Of a DNA stretch of 64,000 nt, positions 26,401 to 39,900 are shown piece after piece. The DNA comes from Antedon mediterranea. Lineage: Eukaryota > Animalia > Echinodermata. The position numbers and the translations under genes are program-made. Positions within the stretch are counted from its first letter, which is position 1. Every line of letters begins with the position of its first letter. The stretch covers positions 34,035,648 through 34,099,647 of the forward strand of contig NC_092673.1 of assembly GCF_964355755.1 (NCBI RefSeq), read 5' to 3'. The notes under the pieces were generated by a model that saw only the letters and a list, made by a program, of their open reading frames with translations, had not been told where the DNA came from and made no database searches.

Positions 26401-27917
26401 AAACATTAAAATCGTTGTATTGTCACAATATTACTGCTCTTACTAATCATGACGTCATTTGATTGGACGTGTGAAAATGTCATTGTCATCAAAGGAAGCA
26501 TATATGGTTATTCTATAGTTATAGAATGAAAAGTTTTTATATTCCTTTTGTTTTATGTATGAACAATGCATATTTGTCTATTTATCATCATCGTTATCGT
26601 CCTAGTGTAAATGGGCCTTAACTATTAAAAATATTTAATACAACCATAAAGACATTCTCAACAATACTGTACAGTACTTCTCTTTACAGGAATTACATGG
26701 TTTACACTACAGTAACAGGCCTTACAATACTAATATTATTTGTTTTGTCTTTAAAAAAAACCAAAACAATCGACCAATTGTATTTTCCAGGAGTGGTGGA
26801 TTAAGTTTAGTAATTTTTTTGCATGTTCTGTGGTTATATAACTTTTTTAACAATGTTTTTCAGGTCAATATTCTTTGCAATGGGAAGCAATTAGGATCAG
26901 CAAATACCAACTTAAAACATATTTGGTTAGAACACTGGTTTCAAAAGGTAAGGCTTATTTTCTAATGCCTTCAATTATTTTTGTAAATAAGATTGAATAA
27001 TTATTGATAACAAATCTGCACTACCCTCAGTAAGAATTCACACACCCCTCCCCTTTAAACAAACTAATCATGGGCCAGCATACACAACCACTTAATATTT
27101 AGTTGAAACGTTTTTTCTTTGTATTGAGTCACCCTTATTAAACAAGGTTCAATAACAATAAAATAAATTTCTTTTAAATAGATATATTTTGGTAACCTAA
27201 ATTCCTAAACTGCACTAAAACTTTTAAATATATATTTATATACTGTACATAATATTCTTAAAGCATTGTATTGTATTTTGTATATGCATAGCCCCAGGGA
27301 GGAACAACCATGTGTTGATCTGGATCTCTATGGTTAAGTAAAGTTAAATTGAATGTCGCAGTCACCCATATAACTCACAATTAAATGGGATATTGTAGTA
27401 TTTCTTTATTTTTATTAATTTATTTAATTTTACAGTATAGGTATTCAATTCAATTCAATTCATTTATTATCCAGAAATTTACTTAAGTAAACATAAAATA
27501 TTTAGTGTGAATGATAATATGGCCACTAAATCTTATCTCTTATTTTTACAGCTTCCTCCAATGGTTCTTCACTTTAAAACTGACATTGGTAGTTCACCTG
27601 ACAAAGGCAAACCAGTTGTTGAGAATGTCACACTCGAAACCAACTCCAACACATCTAATGTAGTAGAGAAAACCTGTTTGCAAGCACAACCTGAAAACCT
27701 GCCTAGAATCAACGATTATCCACCATTATGTGGCAAATTTGCCAAGGTTAAGAAAGCTAGTTATCATGTCATGCCAACTGGTGAACTTAACATAGTTGGG
27801 AACACTCAATTACAAGAGCCTACAGGCACGTGGAAGACTGTCGAGAACACTATATACCAAGCAAAGCCAAGAACACTGAAAATGGTTGAGAATACTGAAG
27901 GATTGCTACCACCATGA
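20455..27917 (+). CDS. PCGF1: Polycomb group RING finger protein 1, about 346 aa; exons 20455-20508, 21602-21707, 23682-23834, 24466-24619, 25134-25257, 26864-26947, 27552-27917
   Basis: The spliced translation contains [52 protein letters not shown] (C3HC4 RING, nearly the vertebrate PCGF1 sequence), REFYKSRGL, LCLER, KYIRCSVR and LKHIWLEHWFQKLPPMVLHF (RAWUL). All introns are GT-AG with consistent phases. Confidence 0.93.
20689..21311. mobile_element. Non-autonomous DNA transposon with TTAA target site (Kolobok-like)
   Basis: ttaa|agaccccttccct ... agggaagggggct|ttaa; CpG-rich interior. Confidence 0.6.
21854..23340. repeat. 20-bp minisatellite (aagggacaccccacagtat[t/c]), about 74 copies, in a PCGF1 intron
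   Basis: Directly visible, with blocks of variant units (caaggg, taagtg, taagta). Confidence 0.97.
24838..25120 (-). mobile_element. tRNA-derived SINE (CORE/Meta-type central domain)
   Basis: Minus: GGTTCGAA B-box, ...ggcaagaca...ctctctccacccaggtgtacaaatgggtacc, ...gcgctttataaat and a (tta)n tail. Confidence 0.6.
26225..26618. mobile_element. Harbinger-like MITE with TAA TSD
   Basis: taa|aggcccatttacactaggacgataa ... ttatcgtcctagtgtaaatgggcct|taa; 25-bp perfect TIR. Confidence 0.85.
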
Positions 27918-28336
27918 ACAGATACTACTGACAACCAGGAAACACTTAATTAAGGCCAGGCAAGGCTGTTGGAAACACCAATAACAAGCAAAGCCAAGAA
28001 CACTAAAAATGGTTGAGAATACTGAAGGATTGCTACCACCATGAACAGATACTACTGACAACCGGGAATCAATTTATGTAGATGGAACACTTAATTAAGG
28101 CCAGGCAAGGCTGTTGGTAACACCAATACCAAGCAAAGCCAAGAACACTGGAAATGGTTGAGAACACTGAAGGATTGCTACCACCATGAACAGATACTAC
28201 TGACAAACAGGAATCAATTTATGTAGATGGAACACTTAATTGAGGCCAGGCAAGGCTGTTGGTAACACCAATACCAATCAAAACCAAGAACACTGGAAAT
28301 GGTTGAGAACACTGAAGGCTTGCTATCGTCATGAAC
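27855..28336 (+). repeat. Four tandem copies (127-145 bp) of the PCGF1 terminal codons, stop and 3' UTR start
   Basis: caagcaaagccaagaacactg..atggttgagaa..ctgaagg.ttgcta.c..catga at about 27858, 27985, 28130 and 28275. Confidence 0.9.
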
Positions 28337-28564
28337 ACTTAGGTCACTTGACTTGATGACATTAGTGCTCTGAACAACTGATCGCAACTCAAAGGAACAC
28401 AGTTGCACAAAATATCACAGTGCAGTTGAGGTGAGTTGAGTTGCTTTCAGTTGAACATAACTTTGAATCATGCTGTGAGTGCGGTATCGGTACCTGCATA
28501 GTGAACTATAATATCATCAACAAAAATTGATGACTCATACCATCATAAAAACTAAATGAAAACT

Positions 28565-29000
28565 GTCATGTAGACACATGTCATGAAGACGCATGTCATG
28601 TAAACACATGTCATGAAGATGCATGTCATGAAGACGCATGTCATGTAAACACAAGTCATGTAGACATATGTCATGGAGACACATGTCATGGAGACGCATG
28701 TCATGGAGATGCATGTCATGTAGATGCATGTCATGTAGACACATGTTATGTAAACACATTTCATGTAAACACATGTCATAGAGATGCATGTCATGTAGAT
28801 GCATGTCATGTAGACACCTGTCATGTAAACACATGTCATGTAGACATATGTCATGTAGACACATGTCATGGAGACACATGTCATGGAGACGCATGTCATG
28901 TAAACACATGGAGACATGTCATAGAGACACATATCATAGAGAACATGGAGACACATCATAGAAATATGACCTGAATACACATGCCATAGATACATGACAT
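28565..29000. repeat. 15-bp minisatellite (atgtcatgtagacac)
   Basis: Visible periodicity; it explains the spurious MCLHD and MTCVY ORFs. Confidence 0.95.
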
Positions 29001-29112
29001 GGAGTGGTATTTTTCTATTTTCCATTATAAATGTATTTGTAACAATATATATAAAAACACTATCATGGCAATTACAGTACAAAGAAATCTTGTTAATTTT
29101 GCTTTTCATTAA

Positions 29113-29412
29113 AAATGTATTGTCCCCCTGAAAAAATAAATCTTAAACATATTTTTTGTTGAATATGCCATTTTAATATCACATTATAGTTATTCGCTTT
29201 GACCAAAAATTGGATCGAAGAAAAATTTGTTTACCTGAAAAAATGTAATTTAACAAAGTCAAATTGGCTGCCAGCCAATGGGTTTTTGGTTGAAGAATGT
29301 AACAATTTATTTTGTAATTTTATAGGTGAAACATAATTTTGTTTACTTTTAATTTATTATAGTGTGATTAAATTAATCTTCATTTTTCATGTTTTTGGGG
29401 GACAATACATCT
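29113..29412. mobile_element. TTAA-site MITE family (agatgtattgtcccc TIR); other copies about 48870-49195 and 58753-59048
   Basis: Terminal inverted repeats plus shared internal sequence (aattggctgccagccaatgg; gaatatgccattttaat). Confidence 0.7.
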
Positions 29413-30342
29413 TTGAGAAATGTAGATGAATTATTGGCTTAATTGGAATAAATTAAATTGTATTGTATTACTCTCTTTTGTGTATTATTTATTTATATTC
29501 GCATTAATTTAAACTTATATGTAGAGTGATCATCAAGGGGTTGTCTGTGATTCGTTTTTATTTGACCATGACATTAACAAGGAAATGGTTATGGGAGGGA
29601 AGTCCCTAAATGCAATGTGTGGTGTACATGTTACGGATGGTAACGATTACATTGCGATGACCTAGACTTGTACAGTATTTTGATACTTCTTATTGGTATG
29701 TGGTGATCTAGTTATCCTATTTCCGGCAAGATTAGAAAATATTTAGATAGGCCGAAAATGTAACGTATAAAATGAAAGGTATTATATAAGAAGGAATGTA
29801 CTTTGTGACGCGCGTGTTCGATTGTTGATGAAAATGTTACGGCTTTGTACGCATGCGCGTCAAATCTGTATAGACCCACTGTGTCAAATGAAATAAACAA
29901 TTTATTTCTTACAAATCAAAGGCGTTTGACTGACGGATGCACTTTTTAACCTGTTGTATCGCTCTTCTAATAGAGTAATGTGGTATGCGGTGTAGACGGA
30001 AATATCCAATATAGATATATATCAAAGCAAATATAAGATTAGTGTCCTAATCCGCGTTTGAAGTCAGCATTATATACTTTATTGAAAATGTGTGGCTTAT
30101 ATAAGAAAAACTTCTTGTGTTTGCACCTTTAAATGGATGGTTTATGAACGTAACTTTCCAGTCAATTAATTATAGGTATCCGAGAAAATCCCGTGATAGC
30201 CGAGTGGGTCTATGTGAAATCTGAATGCTGTCCGGTTTTACAGTCGTTGTCGGCTTGTCAGAGAGGTGATTCCTCTACACATTCCTAATCTGGCATGTAC
30301 TGTTAAATAGTATGTTATCAGTGTACATTTCAGTTCTAACCT

Positions 30343-30751
30343 CTCCCCCTTATGTAAAGATCACCGCCTACCCCCTCCCCTTATGTAAAGATCACCGCCT
30401 ACCCCCTCCCCCTTATGTAAAGATCACCGCCTACCCCCTCCTCTTATGTAAAGATCACCGCCTACCCCCTCCCCTTATGTAAAAATCACCGCCTACCCCC
30501 TCCCCCTTATGTAAGGATCACCGCCTATCCCCTCCCCCTTATGTAAGAATCACTGCCTACCCCCTCCCCTTATGTAAGGATCACCGCCTACCCCTCCCCC
30601 TTATGTAAGGATCACCGCCTACCCCACTCCCCTTATGTAAGGATGACCGCCTACCCCTCCCCTTATGTAAGGATGACCGCCTACCCCCTCCCCTTATGTA
30701 AGGATCACCGCCTACCCCCTCCCCCTTATGTAAGGATAACCGCCTACCCCC
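30343..30751. repeat. 31-32-bp C-rich minisatellite (ccccttatgtaaggatcaccgcctaccccct), about 13 copies
   Basis: Directly visible. Confidence 0.95.
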
Positions 30752-33700
30752 TGGTGCGGCTGTGTATCTCGAACAAGTAGGTCTAGCCCCTATTTCATCC
30801 ACTCCTCCCTCAGTATGCAGCTTACAGTAGGCCTACAATTCTTTGATATATAACATGTCTTTCAAAATATAGTTAACGTAAGTTAGAATACAAATTGTGG
30901 GTCTAGTTGTCTATAATATTGGTCCTCTTTTTTTTCCTCATAGTTTTTAAATATTCTTTTCAAAGTTTTATCTTTAAAACATTTTAAACAATTTTAAATA
31001 TCCTTTTATACTAACTTTTATTCTCAAGTTTTAACTTTCTGTATTGTTATGTTATCATGTATTGTATGTTGATCTTGACCAAATAAATGAATGAATAAAT
31101 GAATGAATGAATGAAAGGCCTACAAACGTAAAAATCGCGACGGAGAGCAAAAACTGACGACAAACTTACAGATGGTCACTGGTTAAAATAAGTTTTAAAA
31201 AATACAAACAGTACAAAGAAATCATTGGACACGGATTTAGGTAGTGACTGCGGGCTTACTCAGTCCTGAATAAACAATAAAGGATAGCCGGCCCATGTCT
31301 ATAGAAATCCGTCTGTTCAATTCAGTGCAAGTTTTATAGTTCAACTTTATTCTATTCAACTACAATATACCAGGAAATAAATAACATGCTGATGATTTGT
31401 AATACCACCTACTGTTGTAGCCTCCTAAGTCAGTGACTCGAACAGGAAACGGAGTGTATGCTCTTGGTATACAAACACATAGTAGACCACCATTACCTGC
31501 TGCAAGCTAATGTTCCTATTAAATGCTTTCACCTTATTTTCATGATCTTGGTAAGTTTACCTTCAGTTTTTAACTTAGTGACATTGCTTATTATTATTAA
31601 ACATTACAAACCTATAATATATGAAAATGAAGATTTATTGTATAAGGTTAATAGGTTTGTTTACAAAATATTTTATGAAGTGTATTTTTACATTGAGTGA
31701 GATATTAGAACGTACAATGTATGTTTGCTTTCCTTGATGACGCCTGCGGTGTCTATACGATCTATGGCACGAATCTATACACAATGTTTACAGTATGAGA
31801 TGGATTTTCATCGTACTATCTATTAGATAATTCATAGAGATATTATAGTGAACTATCTGTATCGTTAATTTTAGGAGTTCATCTCAATACCACCAAACGG
31901 ACTATAGGCATATACCGTATAGTTCTTTTATATCTATCATATGATGGGATGCATAAAAATACCATTTATTTCTGACGCATTCAGAGTGGGGGTATAGGCC
32001 CTATGGTTATTTTGCGAGGGGTGTAGAGGGGATTCAAGGTGTGCTTTACTGTATAGAAAGTTCTGCAGATACACATTTCGAGACACCTGTTCCTGTTTAA
32101 ACCTTTCAAAAAAGGGGTGTAAGGCCTCGCTTACCTCCTCCCAAGCTTTCTGGATCCAATAGACAGAGTAGTTTTAATTGATTTTTTTTTATTGTTTTAT
32201 ATAAAAAAAAAACTTGTTCAAACCACGGTATCAAGAAGCATGTGCACTAAAACAATGTAGATAAAAATATGTAATTGTATATCGTTATTGCAGTATGTTT
32301 CGAATAGGCCTATACTATTGATTTATCGATTGATCCAGAATAGGCCTACTATTGATTTATCGATTGATCCAGAATAATATTTTACTATAGGCCTAGTTTA
32401 GCTAACGGTGCATCATTCTGAGAAAAATATTCAACATAAACAATTGTATTTTTCTTGTTGGTTTTGTTTGCTTCCCCGGGAGGTGGAGGTCGCTGTGTCA
32501 TCGTCGGATGTCCTGTATGAGGACAGTATAAGTTTCCTTGATTGAAGAAAAGAAGAAGAGGATATAGTATCATTGTATCTGTCTGCCTCTGAAAGGGAGA
32601 AAGAAAGTGTGTAGAGTTGTTTCGCGTTGTACAATAGTTTGCTATTGTAGACCTTCATAATACCGAGGGTTTCAAAATGATCGGAATTGTACTGGGAAAT
32701 TGTTAAACTGCAGATGAAAATTATCCACCATCTTGAATCCAATATGGCGGCCAAAATGGTGTCTAAATTCCACCACTTAAGGATGTGTTTTGTGTTTATT
32801 CATTTAATTTATACAATTGTTTTGCTATTTTTAGTCGCGTGCACACGTGACTCTACAGCTAATGTCGGTCGGTCGGTCGGTCGGTCGGTAAACTCAAATT
32901 TGCGCACGCGACTGCAGCCTTGTATATGGCCTGGTTTTCTATTGCTATACTGGGAAAGTTTTAAAATATAAATTATTTGAAAACCGGCGAGATTGTAACA
33001 ACTGGGGGCGGGTATCTTCGCTAGTATATGTCCACCTGTAGTAGACAAATACCTCGATTTGAACTTTGCTACTTTACAAATAATAAACACAATGATCCGG
33101 TAAATCAATGACATATTGTCAAACCAAGTTTGTGTTTATTTTATGACAAACCAGTTATGCGTCACAGAATCCGGACACAATCCGTAAACGAATTACATTA
33201 ATTGAATTTGACACCGAATCAAAAGCTATCAGAAACATCGCTATGTAAACATCATGGTAACAGGCCCATTTCACACCTAAATACACTCCTATAAGGAAAC
33301 GACAAAATTATAACTATATAAGTATATTTCTTCGAAGCAAGCATGACGTGACAGTACCAGTAGCTCATTGTACAAAACCTTCTGTGAACAAAAAAACATA
33401 AACATACTTAACTTCCTTGTTCTATTTACCATTACTGTTTGGAATGCAACGCAACACACATCGAGTTTTACGATCAAAGGTTGACATCATGATTGTTGTG
33501 GTCGTGCGATATGCACATTATGTCATTTTGTTGTTCTGACTGACAATATATATATATTTTGCTTTAAATTACAGTTTTTTCAGGTAAATTATTTTTTTAA
33601 TTTATGCCTTAAATTGGCATATTAACCAAAATAATTATTAAAACATTGTTTTCTTTTCAGACAATGCAGATAATGTGTTTGTTTTCTTTATTTGTTTCTC

Positions 33701-33924
33701 TACACTTCAACCATGTAACAGAATAAAATATAAACATAACGAATATATATATCTCAATGTGTCAAAATGTTGATGAATTTTGTCAAATAATATTACTTTT
33801 ACCATGTATATAAATTAATATTTGTTTCTAATTTACAGATTATTCAATCAAATAGCAACAGCCTATAATTACCGGACTGAGTGAAGTCTGGAAGCGGACC
33901 AACAATTTTAGTGTGTACCAAATA

Positions 33925-36900
33925 ATGACATTCAAAATGAGGATTTGTATATTTGTACTGTTATCAAATGTAGGCCTATATCTTACTTATGGCCAAACAA
34001 CAGAGTATCCTGAAGGAACAACGTTAATCGTAAATACCCGGATGACAACACCACCTCCTATCTCTACAGTTGTATCATACACCACTGATGCTGAAACGAC
34101 GATAGATCTTACAACAGTGCAAACAACTACAGAAGACCTTACAACAATGGCAATATTGACGACGACAGAGCTAACAACCCCAGAAACAACAGAATCTACT
34201 CCGACTGACGAGCCTCCTAAGGCTAATGATTGCAGAAAAAGTAAAAGTTTCGTCTGCCAGTACGACATCAAACAACAACACGACGATAATTGTAAAACGG
34301 TGGTAAGATGATCAGTTCAATCAATGATGATTTAATTTTATGCCATAATTAATATCATTATGATAAATATAATATGAGTTTCTGACAGGATCATATCCTG
34401 TTGAGATTCCAGATATTTCCATCCACTCCCAACGACTTTGTTATTTGCGACTTACGTCCTAAGACTGGGAACCAAGCTTTTATTTACATTTATTTCAAAC
34501 ACAATTAACGTTGTTTTTTAAATAAAAATTTAATTCAGGTGGAAACAGCGTATAAAAGGAGCTTTTTGAATCCTGACATGATCGATGCGAATTGTGGTGA
34601 TTGCAGGTCAGTAATTTAAGGTTATCGTCAGATTTAAGATAGGCCTATATTTTTGTATACCTGTGATGAAGTTTGGTTTTGCAATTTTTAGTTGGTCGTC
34701 GGACCCTATTTCGTCCGATTCTAGGATTCGCAATGTGTTTTGGATGCACGATCTTGGCGGAAATTCGAAATCGAAATCGACTTAGTGGAAAAAGTATGTA
34801 ATGCACAAGTTACATATAGGTCATAAATTGTTTATTTGTTATGCGTTTAAGTTTGGTTTGGCAATGTTTGGCGGACATAATTTCGTCGATTCCAGATTTT
34901 TTTTTGCGTGGATCGTTCACACCAAAACATTCAAATACGCCGTGTGCTAACAGAACCGGAATCGGAGAAATTGATTCTTGACGTGAAAAACATTGCCAAA
35001 CCAAACTCAAACCTATAATAGGTTAAATTAACATTATTGATGTCGCAAATCGACCAAACTATCTACGGCTTCATAGTTCGGAGTTTTTAATTTCTTTTTT
35101 TGAAATATAAGTAAATACTTGGAAATGAATAATTTAAAATAAAAATTATTTTATTGTTTTTTATGTCTTTGTTTTAGTAATCCTATTAAGTGTGAAATTA
35201 CTACGAAAAAGGCTTATTGTGAGAATGCGATGCTAATAGCATTTGTCAATGGTATAACCCTTATGGATGATATCAATGCCACTATCATTTTCGAAACAAT
35301 AAGAGTTGAAGGTAAGTTTATCAATCACAGTAGTGGTATTGTAGCTTAGTGCCGTACTTCATCACGCAATTCTTAGTTCAAATCCTTGCCAGGCCGGCAC
35401 CAATTAGGTAAACAAATAAAACACAGTAACCCTACCAGGTAATCAAGTTGTTTTTATACTATTAACAATATATAATAGTAATATAAACACACATTTACTT
35501 TAATTTTAGTTCAATAACATTTATTCAATAATGGTAATAATGATGGTAATAAAATAACAACAGTTAAACAATAATAGTTGAAATAACAGAGAAGCAAATT
35601 GAACAAAATAAAATTTTAAAAAATAAATAAAAAAGTGAGTATCTAAACAAAATTATGTAAGGAAACAGATTGTTAAATACAATTTTCTAGTCTATTCCAC
35701 AAATACGGACCTGCTAAGTGTTAAATAACAACAAAAAAGCGCTCAAAGCAACGAACAATGAGACAATTCAAGACCTAAAAACTATCTAAAAATAGGCATA
35801 CATCCTGTAACTATATAGTTATACAACGTTCAATTCATTCTGTAATTTTATTTGATAGTTCAGTTTATGTTTTTCTATAATACCGTAAAGGTCACAGATG
35901 ACTGAAAACTGAATGAAAGCCAATATTTGCAGAACTGTGACTATAACGATGCTTGATCGAGTTTTTTCTTCTAAAAATTAACGTCATTTCCTGAAAAAAG
36001 ACACACGCCATTTATTTTTCTATTTTCATATTACATATAACATAACAAATATTTACGTGTGTTATTTTTTTTAATCTAAAGCCTTGTCCTCACTATCAAA
36101 CTTTATCTGACAAAAAAATTTGATGTGCCCATATATGGTCATGATGATGTCATATCACTACCATATATGGGCACATCACATATGATCGTGTAGACAGAGG
36201 TTAAGGAATGTCAGCTCAGGTGGTTTGAGAAAGAGGAGTACTATTATACAACTATTTCTATTTTCTTTCCCGTTCATCATGAACTTATTTCATGCTTGCA
36301 TATTAATTATTATTAAAAATATGTTTATTTTTATTTTGTTAGATACAGATAAAAGAATAGACTTGAAGGTACTTGGACTTATAATATTGGCTGTGTTTGC
36401 CGTCTTTTTACTGTTCACTATATTCATCATAATCGTCAAAAAACGCAATCATCGAAGAAAAAACGGAGGGTGTAAAGCAAAACCGATGAAAAAAATGACA
36501 ATGAGGCAAACGATAAAAACGTGGTTCTACATAAAAGAAACTAAAATGGATAGAAATGTAAGTGAGCAGGTAAGTGAAATGAAATATTAAGTTAAAACAA
36601 ATAAATGAACTAAGCTAACTTACTTCTCCGTGACTAGGCGAATTTGACTAATGCACATGCGTATTAAGAATTTCATCTTAATTTTTGTGACGTGAAAAAT
36701 GCGCAACCAATCAGAACTCAAGAATTTTTGATCCGCGCGAATTTATTTGCTAATAGAAAACAAGCTTAACGGTATGGAAGAACTACGTATTTGTGACGTT
36801 GGTCGTCGACTAGACCTAGAATTCACCGGTGATTGATATGGAAGAACTACGTATTTGTGACGTTGGTCGTCGACTAGACCTAGAATTCACCGGTGATTGA

Positions 36901-39900
36901 TATGGAAGAACTACGTATTTGTGACGTTGGTCGTCGACTAGACCTAGAATTCACCGGTGATTGATATGGAAGGACTACGTATATGTGTCGTTGGTCGTCG
37001 ACTAGACCTAGAATTCACCGGTGATTGATATGGAAGAACTACGTATTTGTGTCGTTGGTCGTCGACTAGACCTAGAATTCACCGGTGATTGATATGGAAG
37101 GACTACGTATTTGTGTCGTTGGTCGTCGACTAGACCTAGAATTCACCGGTGATTGATATGGAAGAACTACGTATTTGTGTCGTTGGTCGTCGACTAGACC
37201 TAGAATTCACCGGTGATTGATATGGAAGGACTACGTATTTGTGTCGTTGGTCGTCGACTAGACCTAGAATTCACCGGTGATTGATATGGAAGAACTACGT
37301 ATTTGTGTCGTTGGTCGTCGACTAGACCTAGAATTCACCGGTGATTGATATGGAAGGACTACGTATTTGTGTCGTTGGTCGTCGACTAGACCTAGAATTC
37401 ACCGGTGATTGATATGGAAGGACTACGTATTTGTGTCGTTGGTCGTCGACTAGACCTAGAATTCACCGGTGATTGATATGGAAGGACTACGTATATGTGT
37501 CGTTGGTCGTCGACTAGACCTAGAATTCACCGGTGATTGATATGGAAGAACTACGTATTTGTGTCGTTGGTCGTCGACTAGACCTAGAATTCACCGGTGA
37601 TTAATATGGAAGAACTACGTATTTGTGTCGTTGGTCGTCGACTAGACCTAGAATTCACCGGTGATTAATATGGAAGGACTACGTATTTGTGTCGTTGGTC
37701 GTCGACTAGACCTAGAATTCACCGGTGATTGATATGGAAGGACTACGTATATGTGTCGTTGGTCGTCGACTAGACCTAGAATTCACCGGTGATTGATATG
37801 GAAGAACTACGTATTTGTGTCGTTGGTCGTCGACTAGACCTAGAATTCACCGGTGATTGATATGGAAGAACTACGTATTTGTGTCGTTGGTCGTCGACTA
37901 GACCTAGAATTCACCGGTGATTAATATGGAAGAACTACGTATTTGTGTCGTTGGTCGTCGACTAGACCTAGAATTCACCGGTGATTAATATGGAAGAACT
38001 ACGTATATGTGTCGTTGGTCGTCGACTAGACCTAGAATTCACCGGTGATTGATATGGAAGGACTACGTATATGTGTCGTTGGTCGTCGACTAGACCTAGA
38101 ATTCACCGGTGATTAATATGGAAGAACTACGTATTTGTGTCGTTGGTCGTCGACTAGACCTAGAATTCACCGGTGATTAATATGGAAGAACTACGTATTT
38201 GTGTCGTTGGTCGTCGACTAGACCTAGAATTCACCGGTGATTGATATGGAAGAACTACGTATATGTGTCGTTGGTCGTCGACTAGACCTAGAATTCACCG
38301 GTGATTGATATGGAAGAACTACGTATTTGTGTCGTTGGTCGTCGACTAGACCTAGAATTCACCGGTGATTGATATGGAAGAACTACGTATATGTGTCGTT
38401 GGTCGTCGACTAGACCTAGAATTCACCGGTGATTGATATGGAAGAACTACGTATTTGTGTCGTTGGTCGTCGACTAGACCTAGAATTCACCGGTGATTGA
38501 TATGGAAGGACTACGTATTTGTGTCGTTGGTCGTCGACTAGACCTAGAATTCACCGGTGATTGATATGGAAGAACTACGTATTTGTGTCGTTGGTCGTCG
38601 ACTAGACCTAGAATTCACCGGTGATTGATATGGAAGAACTACGTATTTGTGTCGTTGGTCGTCGACTAGACCTAGAATTCACCGGTGATTGATATGGAAG
38701 AACTACGTATTTGTGTCGTTGGTCGTCGACTAGACCTAGAATTCACCGGTGATTGATATGGAAGAACTACGTATTTGTGTCGTTGGTCGTCGACTAGACC
38801 TACAATTCACCGGTAATTAATATGGAAGGACTACGTATATGTGTCGTTGGTCGTCGACTAGACCTAGAATTCACCGGTGATTGATATGGAAGAACTACGT
38901 ATTTGTGTCGTTGGTCGTCGACTAGACCTAGAATTCACCGGTGATTGATATGGAAGAACTACGTATTTGTGTCGTTGGTCGTCGACTAGACCTAGAATTC
39001 ACCGGTGATTGATATGGAAGAACTACGTATTTGTGTCGTTGGTCGTCGACTAGACCTAGAATTCACCGGTGATTAATATGGAAGAACTACGTATTTGTGT
39101 CGTTGGTCGTCGACTAGACCTACAATTCACCGGTGATTGATATGGAAGAACTACGTATATGTGTCGTTGGTCGTCGACTAGACCTAGAATTCACCGGTGA
39201 TTGATATGGAAGAACTACGTATTTGTGTCGTTGGTCGTCGACTAGACCTAGAATTCACCGGTGATTGATATGGAAGAACTACGTATATGTGTCGTTGGTC
39301 GTCGACTAGACCTAGAATTCACCGGTGATTGATATGGAAGAACTACGTATTTGTGTCGTTGGTCGTCGACTAGACCTAGAATTCACCGGTGATTGATATG
39401 GAAGGACTACGTATTTGTGTCGTTGGTCGTCGACTAGACCTAGAATTCACCGGTGATTGATATGGAAGAACTACGTATTTGTGTCGTTGGTCGTCGACTA
39501 GACCTAGAATTCACCGGTGATTGATATGGAAGAACTACGTATTTGTGTCGTTGGTCGTCGACTAGACCTAGAATTCACCGGTGATTGATATGGAAGAACT
39601 ACGTATATGTGTCGTTGGTCGTCGACTAGACCTAGAATTCACCGGTGATTGATATGGAAGAACTACGTATTTGTGTCGTTGGTCGTCGACTAGACCTAGA
39701 ATTCACCGGTGATTGATATGGAAGAACTACGTATATGTGTCGTTGGTCGTCGACTAGACCTAGAATTCACCGGTGATTGATATGGAAGAACTACGTATTT
39801 GTGTCGTTGGTCGTCGACTAGACCTACAATTCACCGGTGATTGATATGGAAGAACTACGTATATGTGTCGTTGGTCGTCGACTAGACCTAGAATTCACCG

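Noticed and set aside
28535-29109. ORFs with MCLHD and MTCVY repeats
   Set aside because: Translations of a 15-bp minisatellite; no splice or homology support.
32431-32971. 107-aa and 94-aa ORFs around aatatggcggccaaaatgg
   Set aside because: Overlap transposon-like motifs and a Helentron-like fragment; no recognisable protein.
35328-35402. tRNA gene candidate (also 10020-10110 and 56740-56805)
   Set aside because: A/B-box remnants only, with no consistent cloverleaf; treated as SINE heads.
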